From positions 11,821 to 75,820 of the forward strand of contig VGZA01000026.1 of NCBI GenBank assembly GCA_016872775.1: DNA of 64,000 nucleotides, given 5' to 3'. The stretch's first letter is position 1. Each line of letters opens with the position of its first letter. This DNA comes from Planctomycetota bacterium. Its GTDB lineage: Bacteria > Planctomycetota > Planctomycetia > Pirellulales > Pirellulaceae. Under the pieces are notes generated by a model, which saw only the letters and a list, made by a program, of their open reading frames with translations, had not been told where the DNA came from and made no database searches. Of this stretch, positions 51,482-64,000 are shown piece by piece. The translations under genes were made by a program, and so were the position numbers.

Positions 51482-52414
51482 ATGATGCGGTTCGACGATT
51501 TATTCGGCAAATTGATCGACTTGGCCGTGCGGCTGTGCGCGGAAGCCCAGGCCGACGCGCTGCTGATCATGCTTCCCGGCCCCACCGATTGGGAACGGCT
51601 CCGCGAACACTGCGACCGCTACAAGGTGATCGTCAGTGCCGAATCGGCGGAACATCTGGCAGGCGCCGCGGAAGCCGGCCTGGAAGCACTCGCCCTGGAA
51701 CAGTCCGATGTTCCGGTCGCGGAAAAAATGACGCAGGCCCTGCTGCTTGGTGTCGCCCGGGAAATGCTGCAACCAGGCGCTGGCGTCGTGGCCGTCTACA
51801 GCGGATTCGAGGACGACGTCGTTGACTCGCTGAGCTTCATCTGGTTAGACGAGCACCTGGGCCGATTGACCGCACGCGACCTGCAGAAACTGGGGACCAG
51901 CGTCCCGCTGGAAACATTGAAGACCGTGGTCGACGTCGCTGTCGAGATCGGCCGCGAGGGTCGCGAAGGCAAGCCGGTGGGAACGATGTTTGTCGTGGGC
52001 GACACGCGCCGCGTCTTACAACATGTTCATCCGGCCGGCTTCGATCCCGTCAAGGGATATGGCCGCAAGGACCGATCGCTGCACGATTCCAGAGTCCGCG
52101 AAGCGATCAAGGAAATTGCGCCGCTGGATGGTGCGTTCATCATCTCGTCCGATGGCACCGTCGAGAAGGCCTGTCAATTGATCGACGCCACGCACGCCAG
52201 CCTGACGCTGTCGCGTGGACTTGGATCCCGGCACTGGGCCGCCGCCGCGATCAGCAAAGTCACCAGCGCCGTTGCGGTGGTGGTCAGTGAATCGAATGGG
52301 ACCGTGAGAATATTTCAGAACGGCGAGGTTGTTTTGCGCGTCGAACCGTTTCGGCGAGCGATGAAGTGGAAGGGGTTCGACTCCGATCTGCCATCGACAT
52401 CGACCGCGGAATAA
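51482..52414 (+). CDS. Diadenylate cyclase (DAC/DisA_N) domain protein with an unrelated ~150-aa N-terminal region and no TM segment.
   Basis: GKPVGTMFVVGDT ... LHDSRVREAIKEIAPLDGAFIISSDGTVEKACQLIDA ... LGSRHWAAAAISKVTSAVAVVVSESNGTVRIF matches the DAC fold (DGA/RHRAA/VSEE-type motifs). Confidence 0.7.
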   Translation: MMRFDDLFGKLIDLAVRLCAEAQADALLIMLPGPTDWERLREHCDRYKVIVSAESAEHLAGAAEAGLEALALEQSDVPVAEKMTQALLLGVAREMLQPGAGVVAVYSGFEDDVVDSLSFIWLDEHLGRLTARDLQKLGTSVPLETLKTVVDVAVEIGREGREGKPVGTMFVVGDTRRVLQHVHPAGFDPVKGYGRKDRSLHDSRVREAIKEIAPLDGAFIISSDGTVEKACQLIDATHASLTLSRGLGSRHWAAAAISKVTSAVAVVVSESNGTVRIFQNGEVVLRVEPFRRAMKWKGFDSDLPSTSTAE

Positions 52415-52442
52415 TCGCCGGGCGACGCGGGGAACGGTAGCG

Positions 52443-53225
52443 ATGCGAATACTGCTGACGAACGACGACGGCATTTACGCTCCGGGTCTGGCGGCATTGG
52501 AACAAGAATTACGCCACCTTGGCACCGTCGACGTGGTCGCCCCGGCTGTCGAACAGAGCGGCGTCGGCCACTCGATTACCTTTCTCAGTCCCTTGATCTG
52601 CAAGGAAGTTTTTGACGGGGCCCGCCGCCGGGGCTGGGCCGTTGAGGGAAGTCCGGCCGACTGCGTGAAAATCGGCATCTTTGAATTCTGCGAACAGCGC
52701 CCCGACCTGGTCGTGAGTGGCATCAATGGCGGCCTGAACGTCGGGATCAACGTTCTCTATTCCGGAACGGTCGCCGCCGCGATCGAGGGCGCGTTTTTCG
52801 GCATCCCCAGCGTCGCCGTTTCGCTGGAATACAACGAACATCCGCAGTTCGCAAAGGCCGCTCGCATCGCACGCCAGGTGATCGAACAACTGCTGGCCCG
52901 CAGGGATGAGCAATCGACCCTGTTCAACCTGAATATTCCCACGACCGCCCTGCAACAGGAACCCGAACTGCGCGTCGTCCCGATGGGAATCGAACGTTAT
53001 GGCGAACATTTTATCAAACGCGTCGATCCCAAAGGCCGGCCCTATTACTGGGCGACCAACGATCCGCCACCACGTCCGGGAGCGGCGGAAACCGATCTGA
53101 CCGCGATCGCCCAGGGTTGTATCACCTTGACACCGCTCCAGTACGACATGACTCGTCATCCCGCACTGGATTCGATGCGCAAATGGAACCTGAAATTGCT
53201 CGGGCCCGAGCCTTCTTTCGATTGA
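52443..53225 (+). CDS. surE: 5'/3'-nucleotidase SurE.
   Basis: MRILLTNDDGIYAPGLAAL...GVGHSITF matches the SurE family. Confidence 0.9.
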   Translation: MRILLTNDDGIYAPGLAALEQELRHLGTVDVVAPAVEQSGVGHSITFLSPLICKEVFDGARRRGWAVEGSPADCVKIGIFEFCEQRPDLVVSGINGGLNVGINVLYSGTVAAAIEGAFFGIPSVAVSLEYNEHPQFAKAARIARQVIEQLLARRDEQSTLFNLNIPTTALQQEPELRVVPMGIERYGEHFIKRVDPKGRPYYWATNDPPPRPGAAETDLTAIAQGCITLTPLQYDMTRHPALDSMRKWNLKLLGPEPSFD

Positions 53226-53301
53226 ACGGTCCACAAAGGGTCCGCCAGCCGCGTCCAACCTGCGGTTGCATTCGACGCCAGATTCAATTCACCTTGAGAC
53301 T

Positions 53302-53421
53302 ATGGAACTCCTTGTTTGTCCACATTGTCATGTTCGCGTCGCAATTACTTGCGATCGCACCTGCCCGAGTTGCCGTACCGGTCTAGGCAACTTGACGACG
53401 CGTGAAACTGCCGGGAATTAA
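53302..53421 (+). CDS. Possible 39-aa zinc-ribbon microprotein (MELLVCPHCHVRVAITCDRTCPSCRTGLGN...).
   Basis: CPxC...CPxC is spaced like Trm112/zinc-ribbon proteins and lies inside a 349-nt gap. There is no clear RBS. Confidence 0.2.
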   Translation: MELLVCPHCHVRVAITCDRTCPSCRTGLGNLTTRETAGN

Positions 53422-53574
53422 AGTAGCGGCGGTTCTGCGAATATCAACGCAACGCAGAGCGCCGCGCTGCGCGACGGCGACGGACACATTGCGATTCGGC
53501 TGCGGTTGCAACGGGGCGCCGATCGTCGATAGACTGTTATGGTCTTGTTTGGACAGTTCCGCAGGAGCCAGCTC

Positions 53575-54087
53575 ATGTACCGTCCCCGTTCGTGGATTCA
53601 ACGATCCGTTTTCGCACCGGCCGCAGTGGGTTCCGCCGCGTTGACCGTCTTGCTTGCCGTCCCGTGTGTTATCGGTTGCAAGCCGAACGCGGTGGTACCG
53701 CCCACCGCGACAGATAGTCCCCCTGCGGCCGCTTCACCGAGCGTTCCGCCGGCTGGTGCCACGGAAGATGTCAAAGCGGGTGTTGGCGTTGGCGCCCAGG
53801 GACGCAGCCTGGATGGCCATTCCGGCCTGATTGTCACTCCCGCCAAAACCCTGTTCGCCGCAAAAGAGAAAATCGTCTTCGAAATCGCCATTCCGCACGC
53901 GCTGAACCTCTACAACGCTGCCGAAGGCAATTACCCGCGTTCCCATGACGAGTTTATGGAACGGGTGGTGCGGGCAAACAACATCGTGTTGCCAAAACTC
54001 CCCGAAGGAAACAGTTACGTTTATGACCCGGAAACGTACGAACTGATGGTTCGACGGCCGGTCGCCGCGGCAAACGGGACAAAGTAA
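53575..54087 (+). CDS. Lipoprotein, hypothetical.
   Basis: AGGAG lies 7 nt upstream. The signal peptide is MYRPRSWIQRSVFAPAAVGSAALTVLLAVPCVIGC (lipobox). Confidence 0.55.
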   Translation: MYRPRSWIQRSVFAPAAVGSAALTVLLAVPCVIGCKPNAVVPPTATDSPPAAASPSVPPAGATEDVKAGVGVGAQGRSLDGHSGLIVTPAKTLFAAKEKIVFEIAIPHALNLYNAAEGNYPRSHDEFMERVVRANNIVLPKLPEGNSYVYDPETYELMVRRPVAAANGTK

Positions 54088-54477
54088 ATCCGATTTGGCG
54101 GTCCCGCGAAAACCGGAACGCTGCTTGCAGTTCCCACGTGGCACGCCAAACGTTGCCATCAACTCGATCGGCCGCAGTCCAACGGCGCTGCCTGACTGGA
54201 CGCTGCTCCCTGCGATCGTCGCGCTGCTGCTCGCATTGCCAGCCGATTCGACGTCTGCGGCGGACCCGGTGCGGATCCTGCGGGCTTTGGGCGCAGTCCC
54301 CACCAACCATGGATGGATGGCCACTACCCGAAGTACGAGCGGCATGATCGAGCGCCGTACTACTTTCCTTACCGTGAACCGTATCGATCGAATCGCGGGT
54401 ATGGAGGAGCGGACGGCGACACGGGCCTTCCCTGATCGATCCGGCAAGGGCAGCCCGGCAAAAGTGCCTGGGGTGCT

Positions 54478-55038
54478 TCACGGTCCAAACGCTTCGCTGA
54501 ACTGATCGGGGCTACCAAGCACACTGTTATGGGAATAGTTCCATAATCGCCAATCGTTGCCCTGTTTGGCAAATGTCAGCTGCACCGTTCTCGCGATATG
54601 CTGGTCCGTCACCATCCCCCCCGCATCGCCCAGCACCACCACGACATTGAAATGGGCGACGGCCTGATCCGTGGTGGGGGAACTCATTTCCACGCGCAGA
54701 TTGTTCTTCACGACGACGCGCACGAATTTATAGTTGCCCATTTCCCGGCTGGCGCGAGCGCGGACGTTCGTCGCGTCGGAATGGATGTATTCGAGTAATC
54801 CCGGGACATCGTTTTCCTGCACACGCTGGGCCATGGCCAGCACCGTGTTTTCGACGCGTTCCCGTTCGGTGACAACCTGGCGCTCGAGCACCACCAGGCC
54901 GGCGGTGATGCCCAGGGCGGCCAGTGCCAACAGCAGCATCCAACGATGACCGGTCTTCAGCCAGCCACCGACAAACAGGGCCGTGGTGAGTCCTCCCACC
55001 ATCAGCGCTGGCACGGGCGATTCCAGCCAGGAACTCAT
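54478..55038 (-). CDS. Hypothetical membrane protein.
   Basis: Track ORF with two N-terminal TM helices. It overlaps the upstream gene by ATGA. Confidence 0.45.
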   Translation of the reverse strand: MSSWLESPVPALMVGGLTTALFVGGWLKTGHRWMLLLALAALGITAGLVVLERQVVTERERVENTVLAMAQRVQENDVPGLLEYIHSDATNVRARASREMGNYKFVRVVVKNNLRVEMSSPTTDQAVAHFNVVVVLGDAGGMVTDQHIARTVQLTFAKQGNDWRLWNYSHNSVLGSPDQFSEAFGP

Positions 55039-55367
55039 TGCGGGACCTGTCCTTTCTCAAGGCGGAGCCGATAACGCAACTGCCGCCAGAACAATCCCCA
55101 GGCGATCGCAACCACCAGTGCCACACCCCAAACGATGGGGCTCAGCCCGACGATCGTTTGACCGGGAGTTGAGTAGGCGACGCTGGACTCGCCGCCCGGC
55201 GAACCGGTCTGTGCGAATTGCCGTCCTTGGAACTGCTGTTCGATTTGCGTCTGGCGTTTTCCGAATTTGGGTTGCGCCAGCGCCAGTGCCGCCAGTGCCG
55301 CTGTCCCGAAAACGCAGGCCCAGAACCAAGGTGAATCGGTCACGGGCGAGTTGCGGGAGGCGGCCAT
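55035..55367 (-). CDS. Hypothetical membrane protein.
   Basis: Track ORF with two TM helices, translationally coupled to 54478..55038. Confidence 0.4.
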   Translation of the reverse strand: MAASRNSPVTDSPWFWACVFGTAALAALALAQPKFGKRQTQIEQQFQGRQFAQTGSPGGESSVAYSTPGQTIVGLSPIVWGVALVVAIAWGLFWRQLRYRLRLEKGQVPQ

Positions 55368-55391
55368 GGCAATTCCGACGAACGGCTACGA

Positions 55392-56693
<1,302 letters not shown>

Positions 56694-56873
56694 TTATCGG
56701 TGTGCCGATCGCTTCGGGCTTGCCGATCGTCTGGTCGATTACGGTTTACCGCCGATCATGGCGGTCATGGCTGCGATTCGATCGCCGTTTGCTCTATACT
56801 GACGCAACGTATTCTGCCCGAATGACGCTCGATTGACTAGCACCAACGGAATCTAGGAGCCGAACCGACTCGA

Positions 56874-57470
56874 ATGTTCACCGGTCTAATAGAAGGTACC
56901 TGTCGCGTCGTGGAACCGCGCAACGTGGAACCTGGAATGCGATTGATCGTTGAATCCCAGGCGATGGCCAGCGAGGCCCACATCGGCGACAGCATTGCGC
57001 TCAGCGGCTGTTGCCTTACTGTCGTGCAACTTGATACCGCGCTGCTGCACTTTGAATTGGGCCCGGAAACGCTGCAAAGAACGAAACTGGGGCGCATCCA
57101 GACCGACCAGTTGTTGAACTGGGAACGCTCGTTGCGTGCCGGGGATCGACTGGGCGGCCATTTTGTCACCGGGCACGTCGATGCCACCGCCGTGCTCGAG
57201 GAGCGTCACGACGATCGCGAATGGTCGACGTTCTGGTTTCGCCTTCCCGCGTTGTGGACGCGCCAGATGGTCCCCAAAGGCTCGATCACGGTGGATGGCG
57301 TGAGCCTGACCCTGGTCGAAGTGGAATCCGAGCGATTCAGCGTCTGTTTGATCCCTCATACCCTGGCGGTAACGACGCTCGGCAGGTTAAAACGGGGTGA
57401 TACAGTGAATATCGAAACTGACCTCCTCGCCAAGTACGTCGAAAAACAGCTCGCAGGATTCCGCGCGTGA
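56874..57470 (+). CDS. ribE: Riboflavin synthase α-subunit.
   Basis: MFTGLIEGTCRVV...GDSIALSGCCLTVV, the repeated lumazine-binding half VNIETDLLAKYV and NGVSLTLVEV match riboflavin synthase. Confidence 0.9.
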   Translation: MFTGLIEGTCRVVEPRNVEPGMRLIVESQAMASEAHIGDSIALSGCCLTVVQLDTALLHFELGPETLQRTKLGRIQTDQLLNWERSLRAGDRLGGHFVTGHVDATAVLEERHDDREWSTFWFRLPALWTRQMVPKGSITVDGVSLTLVEVESERFSVCLIPHTLAVTTLGRLKRGDTVNIETDLLAKYVEKQLAGFRA

Positions 57471-58390
57471 CCACCAGTTCGCCTCGCCAGACCGTTTCCT
57501 ACTTGATGCGTCGTTTCGGCGAGGTAGGAATCCAGCCGCAGACCCGCTACGGCCAGAATTTTCTGATCGACATCAACCTGATCGACCTGCTGGTCCAGTC
57601 GGCGAATTTGAGGCCGACCGACATCGTGTTGGAAGTCGGTACCGGAACCGGCAGTTTAACCGCCAATCTTGCCGCGCGGGTGGCGGGGGTACTGACCGTC
57701 GAGATCGACCCACACCTGTTTGCCCTGGCCAGCGAAACATTGATCGATCTGCCCAACGTCACGATGCTGCAGGTCGACGCTCTGAAAAACAAAAACCGCC
57801 TGCATCCGGAATTGCTGGCGGCGCTCGAAGAACTCCGCACTCGTTACTCGCCGGGCCCCCTGAAGCTGGTCGCCAACCTGCCGTATAACATTGCCACTCC
57901 GCTGATTTCCAACCTGCTCGATCTGCCGGTCCCGCCGGAGTCGATGACGGTTACGATTCAGAAGGAGCTTGCCGAGCGGATTGCCGCTCGACCCCGAACC
58001 AAGGACTACAGCGCACTGAGTTTCTGGATTCAATCGCAGTGCGACGTCGAAATCAAACGGATCATGGCGCCGACCGTGTTCTGGCCTCGCCCCAAGGTCG
58101 AGTCGGCGATCATTCAGATCACATTCAACCCTGAATTGCGAAGCCGGATTTGCGATCTGAGCTACTGGCACGCGTTCTTGCGGGCGATGTTCTTCCATCG
58201 TCGTAAGTTCCTGCGCAGCGAACTGCTGAGCGCCTTCAAGGGTCGGTTGAGCAAGCCGGAGGTCGATGCGATCTTGGTGGAAATGGGCTTTGCTCCCGAG
58301 ACCCGGGCGGAAGAACTCGATGTCGCCGCGATGCTGCGACTGTGCGACCGCATGCGGAGCCAGTTTCCCGACTGGAAACTGCCCGGATGA
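57467..58390 (+). CDS. rsmA: 16S rRNA (adenine1518/1519-N6)-dimethyltransferase RsmA/KsgA.
   Basis: YGQNFLIDINLIDLL, VLEVGTGTGSLTANLA and VANLPYNI are RsmA motifs. Confidence 0.9.
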   Translation: MTTSSPRQTVSYLMRRFGEVGIQPQTRYGQNFLIDINLIDLLVQSANLRPTDIVLEVGTGTGSLTANLAARVAGVLTVEIDPHLFALASETLIDLPNVTMLQVDALKNKNRLHPELLAALEELRTRYSPGPLKLVANLPYNIATPLISNLLDLPVPPESMTVTIQKELAERIAARPRTKDYSALSFWIQSQCDVEIKRIMAPTVFWPRPKVESAIIQITFNPELRSRICDLSYWHAFLRAMFFHRRKFLRSELLSAFKGRLSKPEVDAILVEMGFAPETRAEELDVAAMLRLCDRMRSQFPDWKLPG

Positions 58391-58490
58391 TGGCGAACCG
58401 GTCGGACCTGAACCGATCCGAACCAATCCATCCGCGCCTTGCGGCGGCGTCGCCCATGAGTAGACTTACCGCTGGGAGCGTTGTCCACGC

Positions 58491-58590
58491 GGAAGTGCCT
58501 GCACACCTGGTGGTGGCCACAGTCTTCAAAACTGCTGTGCCGTACGATAACCGTGCGGCAGGTGGGTTCGATTCCCATGCACTTCCGCCA
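58491..58590 (+). tRNA. selC: tRNA-Sec (selC), anticodon UCA, with CCA encoded.
   Basis: The 100-nt gene has an 8-bp acceptor stem (GGAAGTGC / GCACTTCC). The anticodon loop is CTTCAAA, identical to E. coli selC. A long extra arm (GCCGTACG-ATAAC-CGTGCGGC, 8 bp) is present. The T-arm is GTGGG-TTCGATT-CCCAT (5 bp), giving the 8/5 bacterial Sec structure. Discriminator G plus CCA at 58588..58590. One irregular position (bulged C) lies in the anticodon stem. Confidence 0.8.
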
Positions 58591-58642
58591 TTTAATTGCG
58601 GCAATTCGCGTAGACTCGTCGCGATGGGCGCAAGCCACGGAG

Positions 58643-58830
58643 TCATCTTGCGTTGGGTGGGCTGACTGCGATTCGCCGCCATTCCGCGTCCGGGGCCGCA
58701 GCGATGATCTTGCTTGTTTCATCCCGTGTCACGAAGTATTGCCGCGCAGCATTCCCTGCCGGCGCGGAAACCAGCTTGGCAAATGGGTTGACGGAAACTA
58801 TTTCGTGTTCCACGGCCCGCGCGAAAAGTC
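58643..58830 (-). pseudogene. Remnant of a tyrosine recombinase/phage-integrase gene (N-terminal core-binding segment only) abutting tRNA-Sec.
   Basis: The C-terminal part of track ORF 58643..58984 reads [53 protein letters not shown]. This fits the integrase pattern NP..k.p.....r.lT.eE...l..A....w. The catalytic domain, which would lie toward and over the tRNA, is absent. Confidence 0.4.
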
Positions 58831-59260
58831 CGCGTCTTGAACGAACTGGGGCTGGGATGTCTGAAGCTGGGACATCCATCGACGATTCTCTCCGGGGGCG
58901 AAGCGCAACGGGTGAAGCTGGCCGGGGAACTGGGCAAAATGACGCGTGGCAAGCACAACCTGTATTTGCTGGACGAACCGACAACGGGCTTGCATTTTGC
59001 CGACATTGACCGGCTGCTGATCAGTCTGAATCGGGTGGTGGACCACGGTCATTCCGTGGTGGTGATTGAACACAATCTGGACGTGGTCAAGACCGCCGAT
59101 TATGTGTTCGACCTGGGGACGGAGGGCGGGCATAACCGGGGGCTGCCTGATTGCCTGCGGCCCGCCGGAGGCGGTCGCTGCTTGCCCGGTATCCCATGCC
59201 GGACGGTTCCTTACGGACTACCTGGACCGCCAGTTTGCCCGATCGTCAGGCAACCCATAA
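58791..59260 (+). pseudogene. uvrA: UvrA C-terminal fragment (last ~150 aa of excinuclease ABC subunit A), frameshifted, with no upstream body.
   Basis: The frame after TGA 58788 reads [110 protein letters not shown]. This matches the UvrA signature II/Walker B/H-loop. The terminal [29 protein letters not shown] is in a different frame (track ORF 59066..59260). Confidence 0.6.
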
Positions 59261-59482
59261 TCCGAATCGTCGGCAAACGCCGTCGCTTCGTTGCCTCGCC
59301 GGGGCTCGGGTGACGATGCTAAGATACCGGACGGTTGTGCGGCCGGAGGCTCGATACATTCGTACAGGTAACGTCGACCGTTCGGGAATTTCCCCCGCCT
59401 GCAATCTGGGGTAAACTGCCAAGTCCAGGCCGGGGCAAATTCGCCAGCCTGGGCCCAGCTGGTCCTGCGGAGGTTTTCGTAA

Positions 59483-62869
<3,387 letters not shown>

Positions 62870-63012
62870 AGCCAACGCCCGGACAGTGTCGGCGAGCCCG
62901 GTGGCGTGCGATTCCTTCGTCTGATATTGCGTGAATCAAGTCGTCTAATAGAATAAGGTCTGTAGCCAGCACCGATCGAAAACCATCCCCATCACCTTAC
63001 CTGGAGGCCGCC

Positions 63013-63195
63013 TTGCTAACCGAAGCCGAAGTGCAACGCAGTTTCAGCCAGCTATTTCGAGGCGGAGATCGATCCACCGAAACTTTCGATAAGGCCGAAG
63101 CGCTGTTGGAAGAACTCCGCGCTGAAAGCCCGTTACGCCACCGATTGTCGCTGGAGTTGGACGAATTGCGAAAGCTGTGCGACGCCGGCTCGTAA
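63013..63195 (+). CDS. Small hypothetical protein (60 aa, TTG start).
   Basis: GGAGG lies 5 nt upstream of the TTG. The sequence LTEAEVQRSFSQLF...LEELRAESPLRHRLSLELDELRKLCD is helical. Confidence 0.3.
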   Translation: MLTEAEVQRSFSQLFRGGDRSTETFDKAEALLEELRAESPLRHRLSLELDELRKLCDAGS

Positions 63196-63254
63196 TACCG
63201 TCACCCGCTTTCCGAGTCAGTTTTCAACCCGACACCCACAAGTATTGCTCCAGC

Positions 63255-63304
63255 AAAAAAGAAAGGACTCACCTTGGTATCAAGGTGAGTCCTTTCTTTG
63301 TTTG
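63255..63304. terminator. Bidirectional intrinsic terminator: a 19-bp perfect stem (AAAGAAAGGACTCACCTTG-GTAT-CAAGGTGAGTCCTTTCTTT) flanked by an A-run and a T-run.
   Basis: Read directly between convergent genes, with a poly-A run upstream and TTTGTTTG downstream. Confidence 0.75.
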
Positions 63305-63318
63305 CGGTTGTTGGACGT

Positions 63319-64000
63319 CTAGCGATTGACGGTCACACCAAAGTTGATGCCGGCCATCACCACATCTTCGCCCTTCTGCGTGAAGTCCTGTCCTCGCAGC
63401 ACACCCTTGCCGATGTCCATGAAGCTGAAACCGAAGTTCAGGGCGATGTCGCGAGTAATCTGGTAAGCCGCTTCCGCTCGAGCTTCTATACCAAAGACAA
63501 ATTCCGCACCATGGTCGTAGGTGGTGGTTCGGCTGTACTGGTTTACCGAAGGAGCCTCCGTCTGCTGGCCACCACCGCCGCCGCCACCACCGCCGCCCTG
63601 GGCACCGGCTTGGTCGAAGAGCGTGAGCATGCTGTCAACCTGCCGGCTGAAGTCGGCGAAGTTCTGCAGGGCAAAGACCCGCAGTTCGGCGCTCGTCCGC
63701 CACAAGTTGCGTTGACGGAAGTAACGCAAACCCAACTGGCCGCCGAACATGTTATTAATCGTTTCCGTGGTGGTAAGCGAAATATCTTCGACCCGCGCGT
63801 CGTCAAGGTTCTCGATGTCGATCAGAACCCCTTCATCGTCGAATCGAGCGTACGATCCTAGTTCGGTGAAGTCGACGTAGCGGATGTATCGAGCCCCAAG
63901 AAACGGCTCCAGGAACCCGCCGTTGTGGAACGGCGCCAATCGAAACGATTTGTTAATTTCGACGCTCATCATGTCCGCTGCGTTCAGCGAATCCCGCTGA
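63319..64000 (-). CDS. Outer-membrane β-barrel-like protein, C-terminal part (5' end beyond the window), with a poly-Gly tract.
   Basis: The minus-strand frame is open to the window end. Alternating hydrophobic β-strand pattern (IALNFGFSFMDIG, MAGINFGVTVNR*). GGGGGGGGGG is encoded by a (GGY)10 tract at about 63565..63600. Confidence 0.5.
   Translation of the reverse strand, partial: QRDSLNAADMMSVEINKSFRLAPFHNGGFLEPFLGARYIRYVDFTELGSYARFDDEGVLIDIENLDDARVEDISLTTTETINNMFGGQLGLRYFRQRNLWRTSAELRVFALQNFADFSRQVDSMLTLFDQAGAQGGGGGGGGGGQQTEAPSVNQYSRTTTYDHGAEFVFGIEARAEAAYQITRDIALNFGFSFMDIGKGVLRGQDFTQKGEDVVMAGINFGVTVNR

Noticed and set aside
54095-54505. 136-aa + ORF and an alternative Tyr/Pro-rich frame (…PWMDGHYPKYERHDRAPYYFPYREPYRSNRGYGG…).
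   Set aside because: Two frames both look weakly protein-like and no homology was recognised. It is a possible small frameshifted gene but is left uncalled.

Overview
This is a high-GC (~60-65%), gene-dense bacterial chromosomal window. It is probably from a planctomycete: it carries a DUF1573 protein, a Tat-signal Gfo/Idh/MocA oxidoreductase, PVC-type dehydrogenase and BNR/SGL β-propeller proteins, and many secreted hypothetical proteins. Housekeeping genes include rbsK, nifU-like, maf, rluA-family, ffh-rpsP-trmD-rplS, dnaA, guaA, ettA, proC, guaB, nnrE, surE, eno, ribE and rsmA. The most notable content is a selenium-decoding trait that the ORF track cannot see. A SelW/Rdx-type selenoprotein gene (40002..40238) carries an in-frame UGA at 40032 followed by a SECIS-like hairpin. 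A tRNA-Sec gene (selC, 58491..58590, anticodon UCA, 8/5 acceptor/T structure, long variable arm) sits about 14 kb from selB-selA (42334..45689). A tRNA-Cys(GCA) gene lies at 7657..7727. Directly 3' of tRNA-Sec are remnants of a tyrosine integrase and of a UvrA C-terminus, followed by an intact 1128-aa fatty-acyl-AMP-ligase/ACP/α-oxoamine-synthase fusion gene. Together these look like a decayed island inserted at selC that carries an aminolipid or signal biosynthesis gene. A palindromic repeat family with core CGAAACTTGTTTCG occurs just 3' of the selenoprotein gene and just 3' of selA. A ~440-nt noncoding stretch upstream of dnaA holds at least five copies of a GGAATTTTCGCC-like motif, making it a candidate oriC. 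Several genes are frameshifted or decayed: SGL-like, Gfo/Idh/MocA, GNAT, an FGE-sulfatase family gene, UvrA and an integrase. Other points are a CsrA homologue with a long C-terminal tail, a soluble DAC-domain (c-di-AMP) protein, a Trx-NHL protein with a 12-nt in-frame tandem repeat, and a tandem pair of prenyltransferase-repeat paralogues, the second internally deleted.
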